Of a stretch of DNA of 64,000 bases, positions 37,797-48,057 are shown one piece after another. Within the stretch, counting starts at the first letter, position 1; each line of letters begins with the position of its first letter. Source of the stretch: Longimicrobiales bacterium (GTDB lineage Bacteria > Gemmatimonadota > Gemmatimonadetes > Longimicrobiales > Gaopeijiaceae); the NCBI GenBank assembly GCA_965248195.1, contig CBDFIQ010000002.1:96001-160000 (forward strand), given 5' to 3'. Both the position numbers and the translations under genes were made by a program. The notes below the pieces were generated by a model. It had not been told where the DNA came from and ran no database searches. It was given only the letters and a program-made list of their open reading frames with translations.

Positions 37797-38929
37797 GTAG
37801 CACTCCTCGATTGCTCTTCTGCGGCATCGAATGCGGCGGCCAACCGTTCCAGGGCTTCCTCCAGTTCGGGTGCTGGTGGGCCGAAGCCGAGTCGTAAATA
37901 ATGGTCCATTCCGAAGTGATCTCCCGGAACTACCAGTAGGTCCGTCTCTGTCCGTAGGGTCTCTGCAAATTGAGTGGAATTGATCGACGGACCATAGCGC
38001 GTGTAGCAGATCGCGCCTGCGTCGGGAGCCCGATAACTAAACCGGCCTTCCTGACCATCCATCCAGCTCGACAACAGGGCGAAATTGCTGGTCAGAATGC
38101 TGCGCGTTCGTGCCAGGATCTTTCGTCTCGTATCGGGTTCCAGCGCCACGCAAGCCAGCGTGTCCGAAAGGCTCGCCGTGGTGATGGTCGTGTAATCCTT
38201 GCGGCCCCACAGAGCTTGCATCATCTCGGCGGGCCCCACCACCCAGCCTATCCGAAGCCCGGGCAATCCGTAAGCCTTGGACAACGAGTTTGTGACGAGG
38301 ACCCGATCGTGAAGGCCCCAGAACGACGGGGTCTCGGGACCGTCGAGCTCGGCACCTCGGTAGACCTCATCAGCGAGAATCCATGCCCCGTAGCGGTCGG
38401 CGAGTGCGACGATCCCAGACATGGAAGTTTCATCGAGGACGGCACCCGTCGGGTTGTTCGGATTGGTGACCAGAATGAAGCGGGCGCCGTCCCCCAGGCC
38501 CTTTTCCAACTCGTTCAGGTCGGGCTGCCAGCCCTTCTCTTCCACTAGGTGGAACGGGTGTGTAGGCGCTCCGAAGCTCTCGAGCAGCCCCGGAACCTGC
38601 ATGTAGTTGGGAAGCATGACGGCTACCGAGGCCTCCGGCTCCATGAGTTCCCAAAAGGCTGTGAAGTTGGCCTCCGCTCCGCCGGTGGTCACCAGTACCG
38701 ACGCTTCGGTCGCGCCGGGATAGAGCTTGGCGATCAGGTTCCGGAGCTCATCGCTACCGTTGGACTGCCCATATCCGAGACGGACGTCGAGGGTTTCCGG
38801 TGGCCGGTCCGCCAACGAAAGCAACTCCGTTACGGAGAGTGGGTGTACCCCACTCTCCGATAGGTTGAAGCGAACGCGGTGCTCGTAGGTGGACTGCCAC
38901 CGTTCCATGACGAAGGGATGGTACTTCAC
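37793..38929 (-). CDS. PLP-dependent aminotransferase class I/II
   Basis: FNLSESGV, NPNNPTG, ADEVY, SLSKAYGLPGLRIGW. Confidence 0.92.
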   Translation of the reverse strand: MKYHPFVMERWQSTYEHRVRFNLSESGVHPLSVTELLSLADRPPETLDVRLGYGQSNGSDELRNLIAKLYPGATEASVLVTTGGAEANFTAFWELMEPEASVAVMLPNYMQVPGLLESFGAPTHPFHLVEEKGWQPDLNELEKGLGDGARFILVTNPNNPTGAVLDETSMSGIVALADRYGAWILADEVYRGAELDGPETPSFWGLHDRVLVTNSLSKAYGLPGLRIGWVVGPAEMMQALWGRKDYTTITTASLSDTLACVALEPDTRRKILARTRSILTSNFALLSSWMDGQEGRFSYRAPDAGAICYTRYGPSINSTQFAETLRTETDLLVVPGDHFGMDHYLRLGFGPPAPELEEALERLAAAFDAAEEQSRSAT

Positions 38930-39063
38930 CTACAGATCCTCCCGGCCTGAGCGATTCGGATTCGCGCTTGGAAATTAATCCTGAAACATCGTATCGGCTT
39001 CAAGGTCCCGCTATGTTTTCCGCGAAAGAAAGGGTTCTTCACAAGATTTCTCAGGACGAAGTC

Positions 39064-40284
39064 ATGTCGCACGCCTCGCTCCCCCATGACCTCGCTGTCC
39101 ACCGCGAAAGTGGTGGAACGATCATCATGCTTGTCATGGATGGGTTGGGCGGCTTGCCGCATCCGGACACGGGTTCCACCGAGCTGGAATCTGCCGCGAC
39201 CCCCCAACTCGACGCCCTCGCCGCACGGAGCTCCTTGGGCATGCTGGCTCCGGTAGGGCACGGAATCACGCCGGGAAGCGGACCGGGACACCTAGCGCTC
39301 TTCGGGTACGATCCCATTGAGTCGATGATCGGGAGGGGCGTACTCAGCGCGCTGGGGGTCGGGTTCGAGCTGCAGCCCGGGGACGTTGCGGCCCGCCTCA
39401 ACCTGGCCACCGTCGATCGTAAAGGAGTCGTGACGGACCGCCGGGCCGGACGTCCGTCGGACGAGGACGGGCGGCGCGTGATAGAGGGGGTCCGTGCCAG
39501 ACTTCGCGCTCCGGAGGGAGTCGAGGTGACGCTCATTCATGAGAAAGAGCACCGCGCCGTCCTCGTGCTTCGGGGCGAGGGTCTGGGGGCTGGTATCGCG
39601 GACACCGATCCGCAGCGCACCGGTCTCACACCCGTTCCCGCCACTGCCACCGGGGCGGACCCGGCGTCCGGGCGGACGGCGGCGATCGTGCAGGGCATCC
39701 TCGAACAGGTTCGGGAGATCCTCGCGGACGAGCCTCAGGCGAACTCGTTCCTCGCGCGCGGATTCGCGGCGTTTATGCCCTACCCCACATTTGAGACGCG
39801 GTATGGCCTCCGAGCGGTCGCGGTGGCGAGGTACCCCATGTATCGCGGCGTGGCGAGCTTGGTCGGCATGGCGGTCGAGGGGGTGCCCGACTCGAACGAA
39901 GGCAGCGTCGAGATGCTCGAGGGGCACTTTGGCGCCTACGACTTCTACTTCATCCACTTCAAGGACACGGACTCCCGGGGTCATGACGGTGATTTCGAAG
40001 GGAAGGTCGCGGCCATCGAAGAGGTGGATGCCTTGTTGCCTCGGATCACGGACCTCGGCGCCGACGTGCTCATCGTTACTGGCGATCACTCGACGCCGGC
40101 CCTTTACAGGGAGCATACCTGGCACCACGTGCCAACGCTCGTCGCTTCGAACTGGGCACGGCCCTCGGCGGAAGTGTTCGGGGAGTCGTCTTGCCGAGAA
40201 GGGGAGCTCGGGGTCGTGCCGGGCAAGGATCTGATGTCCTTGGCCCTCGCGCATGCCGTCCGACTCGACAAGTATGGGGCGTGA
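39064..40284 (+). CDS. apgM: 2,3-bisphosphoglycerate-independent phosphoglycerate mutase (ApgM type)
   Basis: MDGLGG, TELESAATP.LD, PGSGPGHLALFGYDP, DRRAGR, HFKDTDSRGHDG, TGDHSTP, HTWH.VP. Confidence 0.9.
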   Translation: MSHASLPHDLAVHRESGGTIIMLVMDGLGGLPHPDTGSTELESAATPQLDALAARSSLGMLAPVGHGITPGSGPGHLALFGYDPIESMIGRGVLSALGVGFELQPGDVAARLNLATVDRKGVVTDRRAGRPSDEDGRRVIEGVRARLRAPEGVEVTLIHEKEHRAVLVLRGEGLGAGIADTDPQRTGLTPVPATATGADPASGRTAAIVQGILEQVREILADEPQANSFLARGFAAFMPYPTFETRYGLRAVAVARYPMYRGVASLVGMAVEGVPDSNEGSVEMLEGHFGAYDFYFIHFKDTDSRGHDGDFEGKVAAIEEVDALLPRITDLGADVLIVTGDHSTPALYREHTWHHVPTLVASNWARPSAEVFGESSCREGELGVVPGKDLMSLALAHAVRLDKYGA

Positions 40285-41089
40285 CGGACCGCCTCCCCAG
40301 GACAACTTCTCCATTTTCCGTGAGAGGTACGCGGACCCCCATTCCGTCGTTGCCCTAAGGATGGAGCAGGAGGTATTTGGTCATTCGTCTGGAGTGGATG
40401 GCTTTACCACCCTCGAGGAGGCGGATGCCCTGTCCACCGTTCTAGGCGTAGGGTCCGGGTCCACGGTCCTGGACCTCGGCGCCGGTCGTGGTTGGCTCGC
40501 GGGTTATGTCGCCGAAGCGAGCGGCTGTCACGTGGTTTCGTCTGACATTCCCACCGACGCCCTCGTTGAGTCCAACCGGCGATTTTCTGCCCAGGGCTTG
40601 GTCGGTCGAGCAACCACCGTGGCTGCGGATGCGAGGGCTTTACCCTTTCGCCGGCAAGGGATCGATGCCGCAATACACTCGGATGTGTTCTGCTGAATTC
40701 CCGAAAAACTCTCCGTGCTGAGAGAATGCCACAGGGTGCTGAAGCCCGAGGGCGTCCTCGCCGGATACCTTATCCACACCCCGCCTGGACTCACGCCCGC
40801 ACAGGAGCAGGAGGCGGTAGATTTGGGCCCCTCCGCGGTGGGTGCCGAGCGTTCTCCGGCGGACATGGCTACCGAGGCCGGCTTCGGAGAGGTCGGTGTG
40901 GAGGACGTGACGGACACGTTCCTCGCGACCCTGGACCGGGTTATCTCGGCCCGTTTTTCCTACGAAACCCGGCTCCGCGAGCTGGAGGGGGATCAGGTTT
41001 TCGAGGACGAACAGGGCGAGAGCGAGGGAAGGCGCCGGGGAGTTCTCTCGGGGCTGCTGAAACGGAGCTTCATCGTTGCCCGGAAATGA
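40274..41089 (+). CDS. Class I SAM methyltransferase with in-frame UGA (candidate selenoprotein, Cys-Sec)
   Basis: ORFs 40253-40696 and 40715-41089 share a frame. VLDLGAGRG..ADARALPF..HSDVFC[TGA 40694-40696]IPEKLSVLRECHRVLKPEG reads as one continuous methyltransferase fold. Confidence 0.7.
40697..40727 (+). promoter_or_regulatory. Putative bacterial SECIS element
   Basis: CTCTC (40709-40713)/GAGAG (40720-40724) stem with loop CGTGCT containing GU; the loop starts 17 nt after the UGA. Confidence 0.5.
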
Positions 41090-41199
41090 CGCACTCCGGG
41101 GAGGAGGCAACCGTGAGTAGCGCTACCCACCGAGTCCGTTAACTTTCACGAGCCCTCGTGCCGGACCCCCGGCCCGTGCCTCCACAAAATGTGAGCGCC

Positions 41200-42492
41200 A
41201 TGCTGTCGATCCCAATCGAGCGGTTCACGTTGGATAACGGCCTCCGGGTAAATCTCTCCCACGATGCCACGACCCCGGTCGTCGCGATCAACCTTTGGTA
41301 TGGCGTGGGATCCCGGAACGAGCGCGAGGGCAAGACCGGATTCGCTCACCTGTTCGAGCACATGATGTTCCAGGGCTCCGAGCATGTGCCCAAGAACCGG
41401 CATTTCGAGTTGATCGAGAGGGCAGGGGGCTCACTCAACGCGACCACTTGGTTCGACCGGACCAACTACTTCGAGACCGTCCCCTCACACCACCTGGAGC
41501 TCGCGCTGTGGCTCGAGTCCGACCGTATGGGGTGGATGCTTCCGGCCATGACTCAGGAGAAACTCGACAATCAACGCGATGTCGTCTTGAACGAGAAGCG
41601 GCAGCGTTATGACAACCAACCCTACGGCGACTGGGACGAGTGGATTCAGGCGATGGTGTTCCCGGAGTCCCACCCTTACCACCACACCGTAATCGGATCG
41701 ATGGCGGACATCGAGGCTGCCACGCTCGAGGATGTCGCCGAGTTTTTCCAGACGTACTACGTACCCAACAATGCAGTGCTGACCGTGTGTGGGGACTTCG
41801 GTCAAGACGAAGCCCTGGACCTCATCGAGCGGCATTTCGGGGGAATCCCGCCGGGTGGTGAGACCCCCGCCATTCCAGGGGAGCCGGATCTCGATCCCCT
41901 TATCGGCGGGACGGTGCGCGAGCGCGTCGAGGCCGAGGTGCCTCTCCCACGCGTTCTCATGGCCTCCCGCGTTCCCACGTATACCGATGCCGGTTTCTAC
42001 GCGGCGGACGTCGCTGGGTCCGTGCTCGGGACCGGGCGGGCGTCGCGGCTTTACCGTTCCCTGGTTCGTGAGCGGCGTGTGGCCAAGGATGTAACGAGCT
42101 TCGTTCTGCCACTCACTTCCGGTGCGGGGATGTTGCTCACGTGGGCGACCGGATTCCCCGAGGGAGATCCGGCGGAACTCGAGGCTGCCCTGGTCGCAGA
42201 AAGCGAAGGACTCGCATCCGTAACCGACCAGGAGATCGAGCGGGCTGTCGCGCTCACGGAGACGGCGCTCGTACGGCAGATCGAACAAGTGGGGGAAAGG
42301 GCCGACCTAGTGTCGATGTTCGACCAACTCTTTGATGATCCCGAGCGGTTGAACGGCGAGTTGGAGCGGCTACGTGCGGTGACACCCGCGGACGTCTCGG
42401 CATTTGTGGAGCGTTTTCTCGGCGCAGATAATCGGGCGGTGCTCACGTATGTGCCTGAGACCGCGAAACCGCCGACTCCGAGCGTGCCGTGA
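41200..42492 (+). CDS. M16 zinc peptidase, catalytic subunit
   Basis: TLDNGL, YGVGSRNE, inverted zinc motif HLFEH, NATT.FDRTNY, ESDRM. Confidence 0.93.
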   Translation: MLSIPIERFTLDNGLRVNLSHDATTPVVAINLWYGVGSRNEREGKTGFAHLFEHMMFQGSEHVPKNRHFELIERAGGSLNATTWFDRTNYFETVPSHHLELALWLESDRMGWMLPAMTQEKLDNQRDVVLNEKRQRYDNQPYGDWDEWIQAMVFPESHPYHHTVIGSMADIEAATLEDVAEFFQTYYVPNNAVLTVCGDFGQDEALDLIERHFGGIPPGGETPAIPGEPDLDPLIGGTVRERVEAEVPLPRVLMASRVPTYTDAGFYAADVAGSVLGTGRASRLYRSLVRERRVAKDVTSFVLPLTSGAGMLLTWATGFPEGDPAELEAALVAESEGLASVTDQEIERAVALTETALVRQIEQVGERADLVSMFDQLFDDPERLNGELERLRAVTPADVSAFVERFLGADNRAVLTYVPETAKPPTPSVP

Positions 42493-43850
42493 GCCCACCA
42501 TCCCGATCCGTGGTGCCGCCCGCGGGGCCTGTCCGGAGCTTCGACTTTCCGTCAGTCCAAGCCGAGGTGTTGGATAACGGTCTCCGGATCCGGTCTGTCC
42601 AGGTCGGGCGCCTTCCGGTCGTAACGGCCATGGTGGTCCTGGACGCTGGTGAGGGACTGCTCGACGACAGCCGGGGCGGTCTCTCGGTTCTGACAGGGGA
42701 TTGCCTGGAGGGAGGCACTGCGAAACGGACCGGGGTGGAGCTCGCCGAGGCGCTGGAGACGATTGGAGCCGGGCTCTCCGTTGGGACCGGATGGGATTCC
42801 ACGACCGTGTCGCTTTCGTGCATGGCGGACCGGCTGGATGACGCGATGGGCCTTCTCGCGGAAGTACTTATTCAGCCGACCTTTCCTGACGACGAGGTCG
42901 AACGGATTCGCGGTCAACGTTTGGCAGCGATACGACAGAGGGAGATGGATCCGGGCGGAATCGCCACGACCGCGTCACGCCGTCTGACCTACGCGGAAGG
43001 TGTTCCGTATGGGCGCCCGCTGGGAGGGACGACCGAGTCGGTGGGTCCGTTCAGTGCCGACGCCGCCGCAGCGTTTGTGGCGGCCCGGTATCGTCCTCAG
43101 GGGTCCGGGTTGGTCGTGGTGGGCGACGTCGATGCCCGGCAGGTGCGCTCTCTCGTGGAGACGCACTTTGGAGAATGGGGCGGTGGGACTGAACTCCCGC
43201 CCGAGATCGACGCCGAACCCAGGACCCGCGAGCGGGGGATCGTCGTGGTGGACCGCGCGGATGCGGTTCAATCCGAAATCCGCATCGGTCACGTGGGACA
43301 GGCCCGATCCACGCTGCATTATTTCCCCCTCAGGGTTCTCAACACCGTTCTCGGCGGTGCGTTTACGAGCCGGCTCAATCTCAACCTCCGCGAGGAGAAT
43401 GGGTTTACTTATGGCGTTCGTTCCCGCTTCCTGGTCCGCAGAGGAGCCGGACCGTGGTGCGTTTCCACCGCGGTGGGTACCGACGTGACCGCGGACGCGG
43501 TGCACGAAGCCGTCACCGAGATCACGACCCTGGTCGCGGAGGGACCGACAGAAGAGGAGGTTGGTGCGGCTCGGGACTACCTTGCGGGTGTTTTCCCACT
43601 CCAGTTGGAAACGACCGGCCAGATCGCGGCCCGGATCGCGGAGCTCCTCATTTACGAACTCCCGGACGACTACTACGCAGGCTATCGAGATCGTATTCGT
43701 GGCGTGACGCTCGAAGAGGCCCATGAGGCCGCCGGCCATTGTATCCGCCCGGACGAGATGACAGTCGTAGTCGGTGGGGACGCCAAGGAGATCCAAGGCC
43801 CGCTGGAGGAACTCGGATGGGGACCCCTGACGGTCGAGGCGGCTCCTTAG
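42489..43850 (+). CDS. M16 peptidase, non-catalytic partner subunit
   Basis: LDNGL, no HxxEH, LGGAFTSRLNLNLREENGFTYG; GTGA coupling. Confidence 0.9.
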   Translation: MSPPSRSVVPPAGPVRSFDFPSVQAEVLDNGLRIRSVQVGRLPVVTAMVVLDAGEGLLDDSRGGLSVLTGDCLEGGTAKRTGVELAEALETIGAGLSVGTGWDSTTVSLSCMADRLDDAMGLLAEVLIQPTFPDDEVERIRGQRLAAIRQREMDPGGIATTASRRLTYAEGVPYGRPLGGTTESVGPFSADAAAAFVAARYRPQGSGLVVVGDVDARQVRSLVETHFGEWGGGTELPPEIDAEPRTRERGIVVVDRADAVQSEIRIGHVGQARSTLHYFPLRVLNTVLGGAFTSRLNLNLREENGFTYGVRSRFLVRRGAGPWCVSTAVGTDVTADAVHEAVTEITTLVAEGPTEEEVGAARDYLAGVFPLQLETTGQIAARIAELLIYELPDDYYAGYRDRIRGVTLEEAHEAAGHCIRPDEMTVVVGGDAKEIQGPLEELGWGPLTVEAAP

Positions 43851-44152
43851 AAGGGTGATCGGAAAGGGGGGCGGGTCGCGCACATGGCGCTTGCGTGCGT
43901 TCAGACAAGGAACGACGAGGAGTCGTAGTCCCTCTACGGCGACGAGGAGAGACGCAGGATCAACCGCGCAACCGCCATGTGCCCACGACCATGAATGACA
44001 TGACCTTACACGTTGAAGGGTTGCGGTGGCACGACCCCATCTCCGTTGTTGGAGTTCCTAGCCATAGCTACGGCTATGGCGTCGTCGCTCCGCCTAGGAG
44101 CTGGGGCCGTGGCATCCGCAACGCGGCCCACCCCCCTTTCCGATCACCCTTC
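43850..44152. mobile_element. 303-bp MITE-like element with 31-bp terminal inverted repeats and TA flanks
   Basis: GAAGGGTGATCGGAAAGGGGGGCGGGTCGCG (43850-43880) matches the reverse complement of 44122-44152 at 29/31; TA at 43848-43849 and 44153-44154; internal hairpins; no credible CDS. Confidence 0.75.
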
Positions 44153-44158
44153 TAGAGC

Positions 44159-44758
44159 ATGCCCACGCCCGGGCGGATCGACAGTGAGCCCGTATACGAT
44201 GGACGGGTCGTTCGGCTGAGTGTGGACACGGTTCGGTTCCCCGACGGGAGTGAGGGCCGACTTGAGATGATTCGGCATGCCGGCGCGTCCGCCGTGTTGC
44301 CCTTCCTGGGCGGTCTATTCGACCCGGATCCGGACGTGCTTTTGGTTCGGCAGTACCGGTACGCGTCCGACGGCTATCTATACGAAATACCGGCTGGCTT
44401 GCCGGCCGGGCCCCAGGAGAGCTGGGAGGAGTGCGCGCATCGGGAGCTCGAAGAAGAAACCGGCATGCGGGCGGCAACCATGACCCCGCTCACACGCATC
44501 TATACTACACCGGGCTTTACGGACGAGGTGATCCGGCTCTTTGTCGCGACGGATCTGGAGCCGGGGGAACTCTCGAGAGACCCGGACGAATTCATGGAAG
44601 TAGTGCGGGTCGCTTTCTCGGAAGTGCTGGAAATGGTCCGAGACGGACGGATCGTGGACGCCAAAAGCGTCGCGACCATCCTCTTTGCGGATCGGTTCGT
44701 GCGGGGCGATCGTGGTGGGCGCGGACCGGGCGGGCAGGAGGATGTGTCCCCCCGTTGA
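44159..44758 (+). CDS. NUDIX hydrolase (ADP-ribose pyrophosphatase-like)
   Basis: LVRQYRY, EIPAG, Nudix box ..E..EECAHRELEEETG, YTTPGFTDE, IVDAKS. Confidence 0.9.
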   Translation: MPTPGRIDSEPVYDGRVVRLSVDTVRFPDGSEGRLEMIRHAGASAVLPFLGGLFDPDPDVLLVRQYRYASDGYLYEIPAGLPAGPQESWEECAHRELEEETGMRAATMTPLTRIYTTPGFTDEVIRLFVATDLEPGELSRDPDEFMEVVRVAFSEVLEMVRDGRIVDAKSVATILFADRFVRGDRGGRGPGGQEDVSPR

Positions 44759-44900
44759 GATCAAGCGTCCCAAAAGTGGGACGGAAGAGGTCCGCCGAAC
44801 AGGCAGAAATCGGTTATTTTGGTTTATGCCGGAGTGGCACGGTACGTGCGATACCAGTACGACTAGACGGGTAGGTGCTCCGCAGAAGGGGAGTCGAGAC

Positions 44901-45542
44901 GTGAAGAACACAGCCGAGATCCGGGTTCTGCCGGGAGGGGCGGCAAAAGAGCATCGCAAGATGCTGGGGCAACTCGGCGACAGTGATGTGGTACGGGCCT
45001 TCCTGGACGGTGACGAGCGCGCGTTTGGGGAGCTGGTGAAACGATATGATGGACGGCTCTTGAACTTCGTCTATCGCACGGTCGGTGACCGTGAGCGGGC
45101 ACAGGATCTCGTCCAGGAGACCTTCGTCAGGGTGTACCGGCATATGCACCGTTTCGACCAGACGAAGAAATTTTCGACGTGGATCTACACCATTGCCGGT
45201 AACCTTGCCAAGAACGAGTTGAGGAACCGTTCGAGGAACCCATTGGTGCTTTTCCAGACCATCCGGAAAAACTGGGAGGCCGATCACAGGCCGCTCGAAT
45301 GGGAGGACTCGACCTACAGGCCTGACGATCTCTTCCGCAAGCGGCACCTCAAGGATCTGGTCGAAAAGGCAGTGACCCAACTGCCGGAGCATCACCGGAT
45401 CGTTTTCGTGCTCCGCGAGCTCGAGGGTAAGACCTATGAGGAAATCGCGGAAATCACTGGATGCAACCTCGGCACGGTGAAGAGCCGCCTAAACCGGGCG
45501 CGCAACAATTTCGCTCGCGTGATCGCGCCCACGCTCGACTGA
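44901..45542 (+). CDS. ECF sigma-70 factor
   Basis: GDERAFGELVKRY, AQDLVQETFVRVY, FSTWIYTIA.N, YEEIAEI..GTVKSRLNRAR; GTG at 44901. Confidence 0.93.
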   Translation: MKNTAEIRVLPGGAAKEHRKMLGQLGDSDVVRAFLDGDERAFGELVKRYDGRLLNFVYRTVGDRERAQDLVQETFVRVYRHMHRFDQTKKFSTWIYTIAGNLAKNELRNRSRNPLVLFQTIRKNWEADHRPLEWEDSTYRPDDLFRKRHLKDLVEKAVTQLPEHHRIVFVLRELEGKTYEEIAEITGCNLGTVKSRLNRARNNFARVIAPTLD

Positions 45543-45672
45543 CTCTCCGAAACCTCGTTCTTCCTCCCCAGGTACCATCTCCAAAGGGAACACCACCGGG
45601 CGGTGCACGTAATACCCAAGCCCGATGGCGTTGGCCGTGTACGAATCTCGGATCAGGAGCCCGTCTCACTCT

Positions 45673-46254
45673 ATGGATTGCTCGGAATTTTTAAGCCGGT
45701 TTTCCGAGTTCTATGACGCTCCCCGTGGAGCCCCGGCACGGCAGGAAGCCGAGGCCCACATGGCGGCGTGCGGAAAGTGTGCTCGATACCAAGAAGTCGT
45801 TTCCCGGAGCGTGGCGTTACTCCACGCGATGCCCAGGGCTGAACTCGCCGAGAGTTTCCGGCCGCGGCTCGAGCACCGGTTGTTCCACCTGGATGACGGC
45901 GGTGCGGTTGGCCGGCCCGGCAGAGGCTCCGCCACACCGGTGGTGACCTTGCTAGGGATGGCGATCCTGCTCACTGCCGTTGCCTGGTCACCGACGATGG
46001 GCAGTAGCGTTCCCGAAGTCGAGCTTCCGGCCATCGTAGTATCCGGCCCGCCGATGCTCGATCCGCTCCTCGATCCCGATGCGGCCGGTCTCATGCCGGT
46101 TTCTTCCGGTGTGCCGGCCTCTTCCGGTTTGTTCCAGGGAGGGCTATGGTCGGACGCGAAGAGCCTCCTGTACGAGTATTCTCCGATGAGTGAGCGTTAT
46201 CGGGGCCAGCGGGATTCTGGCGAGCGGGTACTCCGAAGAACGGGTTTCGATTGA
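45673..46254 (+). CDS. Zinc-finger anti-sigma factor
   Basis: MDCSEF..HMAACGKC followed by one TM helix. Confidence 0.85.
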   Translation: MDCSEFLSRFSEFYDAPRGAPARQEAEAHMAACGKCARYQEVVSRSVALLHAMPRAELAESFRPRLEHRLFHLDDGGAVGRPGRGSATPVVTLLGMAILLTAVAWSPTMGSSVPEVELPAIVVSGPPMLDPLLDPDAAGLMPVSSGVPASSGLFQGGLWSDAKSLLYEYSPMSERYRGQRDSGERVLRRTGFD

Positions 46255-46288
46255 ACGGAAAAACGCATCCGACGTACCGGCCATCGCC

Positions 46289-47293
46289 ATGAAAAACCCT
46301 CTCCGGACGATCCTCGCGCAGGGATCCCCGGGCGGGGTTTTCTTCCTTTATGGGGAGGACGAGCATCGCAAGGCGGAGGCCGCTCAGGCCTTGGTGGACG
46401 CTCACTTGGATCCGGGGACTCGTGACTTCAACTTGGACGTGGTGCAAGCCTCCGAGGTGAGTGTCGAGGATCTTGCCCGCATACTGGCCACCCCTCCAAT
46501 GATGGCCGAGCGAAGAGTGGTTGTGGTGAGGGGTGCCGAAGCCTTTGCCGGCGCGGCCCGATCCCGGGACCTCATCCTCGGTCTGGTCGAAAATTGCCCG
46601 TCGGATCTCGCCCTTATTCTCTCGGCGAGGATTCCCGAGCGTTCGAAAGCGAAGTTTTACCGGACTCTGATCAAGCGCGCTCAATCGGTGGAGTTCGCCA
46701 CGATCACGCCGGATGACGTGCCCGGGTGGTTGATGGAGGAAGCCACCGTCCGTTTCGGGGCGACCCTGGAGCCCGATGCTGCGAGGGCGCTGGGCCAAGC
46801 GATCGGGGCGGACCTGGGCATTCTTTCACGGGAACTCGAAAAGCTCGCGGCCGTTGCCGGAAACGAAGAACGAATTACCCTAGAGCATGTTCGGGTGGCC
46901 GGGACTGTTTTGCCGAAGCAGGATCGTTGGAAGTGGTTCGATCTCGTGGGAGCAAGGCGGTTCCAAGAGGCTGTACCGGGGGTCCGAGTGCTCTTGAACC
47001 AAGGCGAGAGCGGTGTCGGCCTAACCCTCGGGCTGTCGACCCACTTGTTGAGAATCGCCTTGGCGGTGGAGAGCGGCCCGCGTGCGCTAGAGGAGGTGCT
47101 GCCCCCACATCAGAGGTGGCTGTCCCGGCAGCTCGGCGAGCAGGCCAAGGGATGGGAGGCGGGTGCGATCCGGTCGGCGGTGTTAGGCTTGCTTCGGATC
47201 GATCGCTTGTTAAAGGCGAGTTCACTTTCGGACGAACATTACTTAGAAGAATGGCTTCTCACGTTGATGGCCCGCGAAGACGTCGCGGCGTAA
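46289..47293 (+). CDS. holA: DNA polymerase III delta subunit
   Basis: FFLYGEDE, DFNLD, TPPMMAERRVVVVR, GADLGILSRELEKL, IDRLLK; start approximate. Confidence 0.88.
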   Translation: MKNPLRTILAQGSPGGVFFLYGEDEHRKAEAAQALVDAHLDPGTRDFNLDVVQASEVSVEDLARILATPPMMAERRVVVVRGAEAFAGAARSRDLILGLVENCPSDLALILSARIPERSKAKFYRTLIKRAQSVEFATITPDDVPGWLMEEATVRFGATLEPDAARALGQAIGADLGILSRELEKLAAVAGNEERITLEHVRVAGTVLPKQDRWKWFDLVGARRFQEAVPGVRVLLNQGESGVGLTLGLSTHLLRIALAVESGPRALEEVLPPHQRWLSRQLGEQAKGWEAGAIRSAVLGLLRIDRLLKASSLSDEHYLEEWLLTLMAREDVAA

Positions 47294-48057
47294 TTCATTC
47301 ATCTGCTCTGATCCTGGCGGTGGGCATCGCGGTTCCTGCGGGTGCCCAGGAGAGCTTGGACGTGGTGGATTCACTTGCCTCGGCCGGCCGGGCGGACGAG
47401 GCCCGGGAGGCACTCGAGTCCTGGTGGGAGGATCAGCGGGTGGGAGCGGGCCGTCGCGACCGGCAACGCGGGTTGTGGCTGAGGGGGATTCTCACCGTGG
47501 ATCCTCGCATGGCCGGCCTCGACTTTCAGCGGTTGGTCCTAGAGTACCCAGGTGGATCGCACTCCGATGAGGCACTGCTGCGGTTGGGCTTGATCTCGGC
47601 CGACACGGAGGACATCCTGCGCGCGGCGGGGTATTTCCGCACATTAGTGACGGATTACCCGAGGAGCCCGCAGCGGCGTCGGGCGCAGGAGTGGCTCGCC
47701 GAGAACCTGGTGGCGATCGAGGAGGCGGAGTTGGAGGCGGAGGCGGAGACCGCGGTTGCCGGAGCCCGGGAGCCCGAGCTGGACCCCCCAGTCCCAGCCG
47801 AAACGGAGTCAACCCGATATGCTGTCCAGGTAGGTGCGTTCGAGAGCGAGGAGCGCGCTAGCAGCCTGCTGTCGTCGGTCAACGCTTCCGGCTTTCGGGC
47901 GAGGATCGTGCGCGTCACGGGGAGCACGCTCGTGCGTGTCCGAATCGGGGCCTTTCTCGATCGCAGCGGAGCCGTCGAGTTGATGGATCGGGTGAGGAGA
48001 CGGGGGCACGAAGCGACGATTGCGGTGGATGTGGCCGAAGAGGAACTAATTCGATGA
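47290..48057 (+). CDS. TPR + SPOR domain exported protein
   Basis: Signal-like hydrophobic stretch, TPR-like EYPG..SDEALLRLG..DYPRS, SPOR YAVQVGAF..RVRIGAF; start codon uncertain. Confidence 0.8.
   Translation, partial: VIHSSALILAVGIAVPAGAQESLDVVDSLASAGRADEAREALESWWEDQRVGAGRRDRQRGLWLRGILTVDPRMAGLDFQRLVLEYPGGSHSDEALLRLGLISADTEDILRAAGYFRTLVTDYPRSPQRRRAQEWLAENLVAIEEAELEAEAETAVAGAREPELDPPVPAETESTRYAVQVGAFESEERASSLLSSVNASGFRARIVRVTGSTLVRVRIGAFLDRSGAVELMDRVRRRGHEATIAVDVAEEELIR

Noticed and set aside
43895..44155. 86-aa ORF inside the MITE-like element
   Set aside because: No recognisable motif; the sequence is better explained by its inverted-repeat structure.
46726..47290. N-terminal extension of the SPOR ORF overlapping holA
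   Set aside because: Out-of-frame overlap with holA. The real protein starts near 47290, where the codon is GTA/ATT rather than a canonical start; I cannot tell a non-canonical start from a point change.
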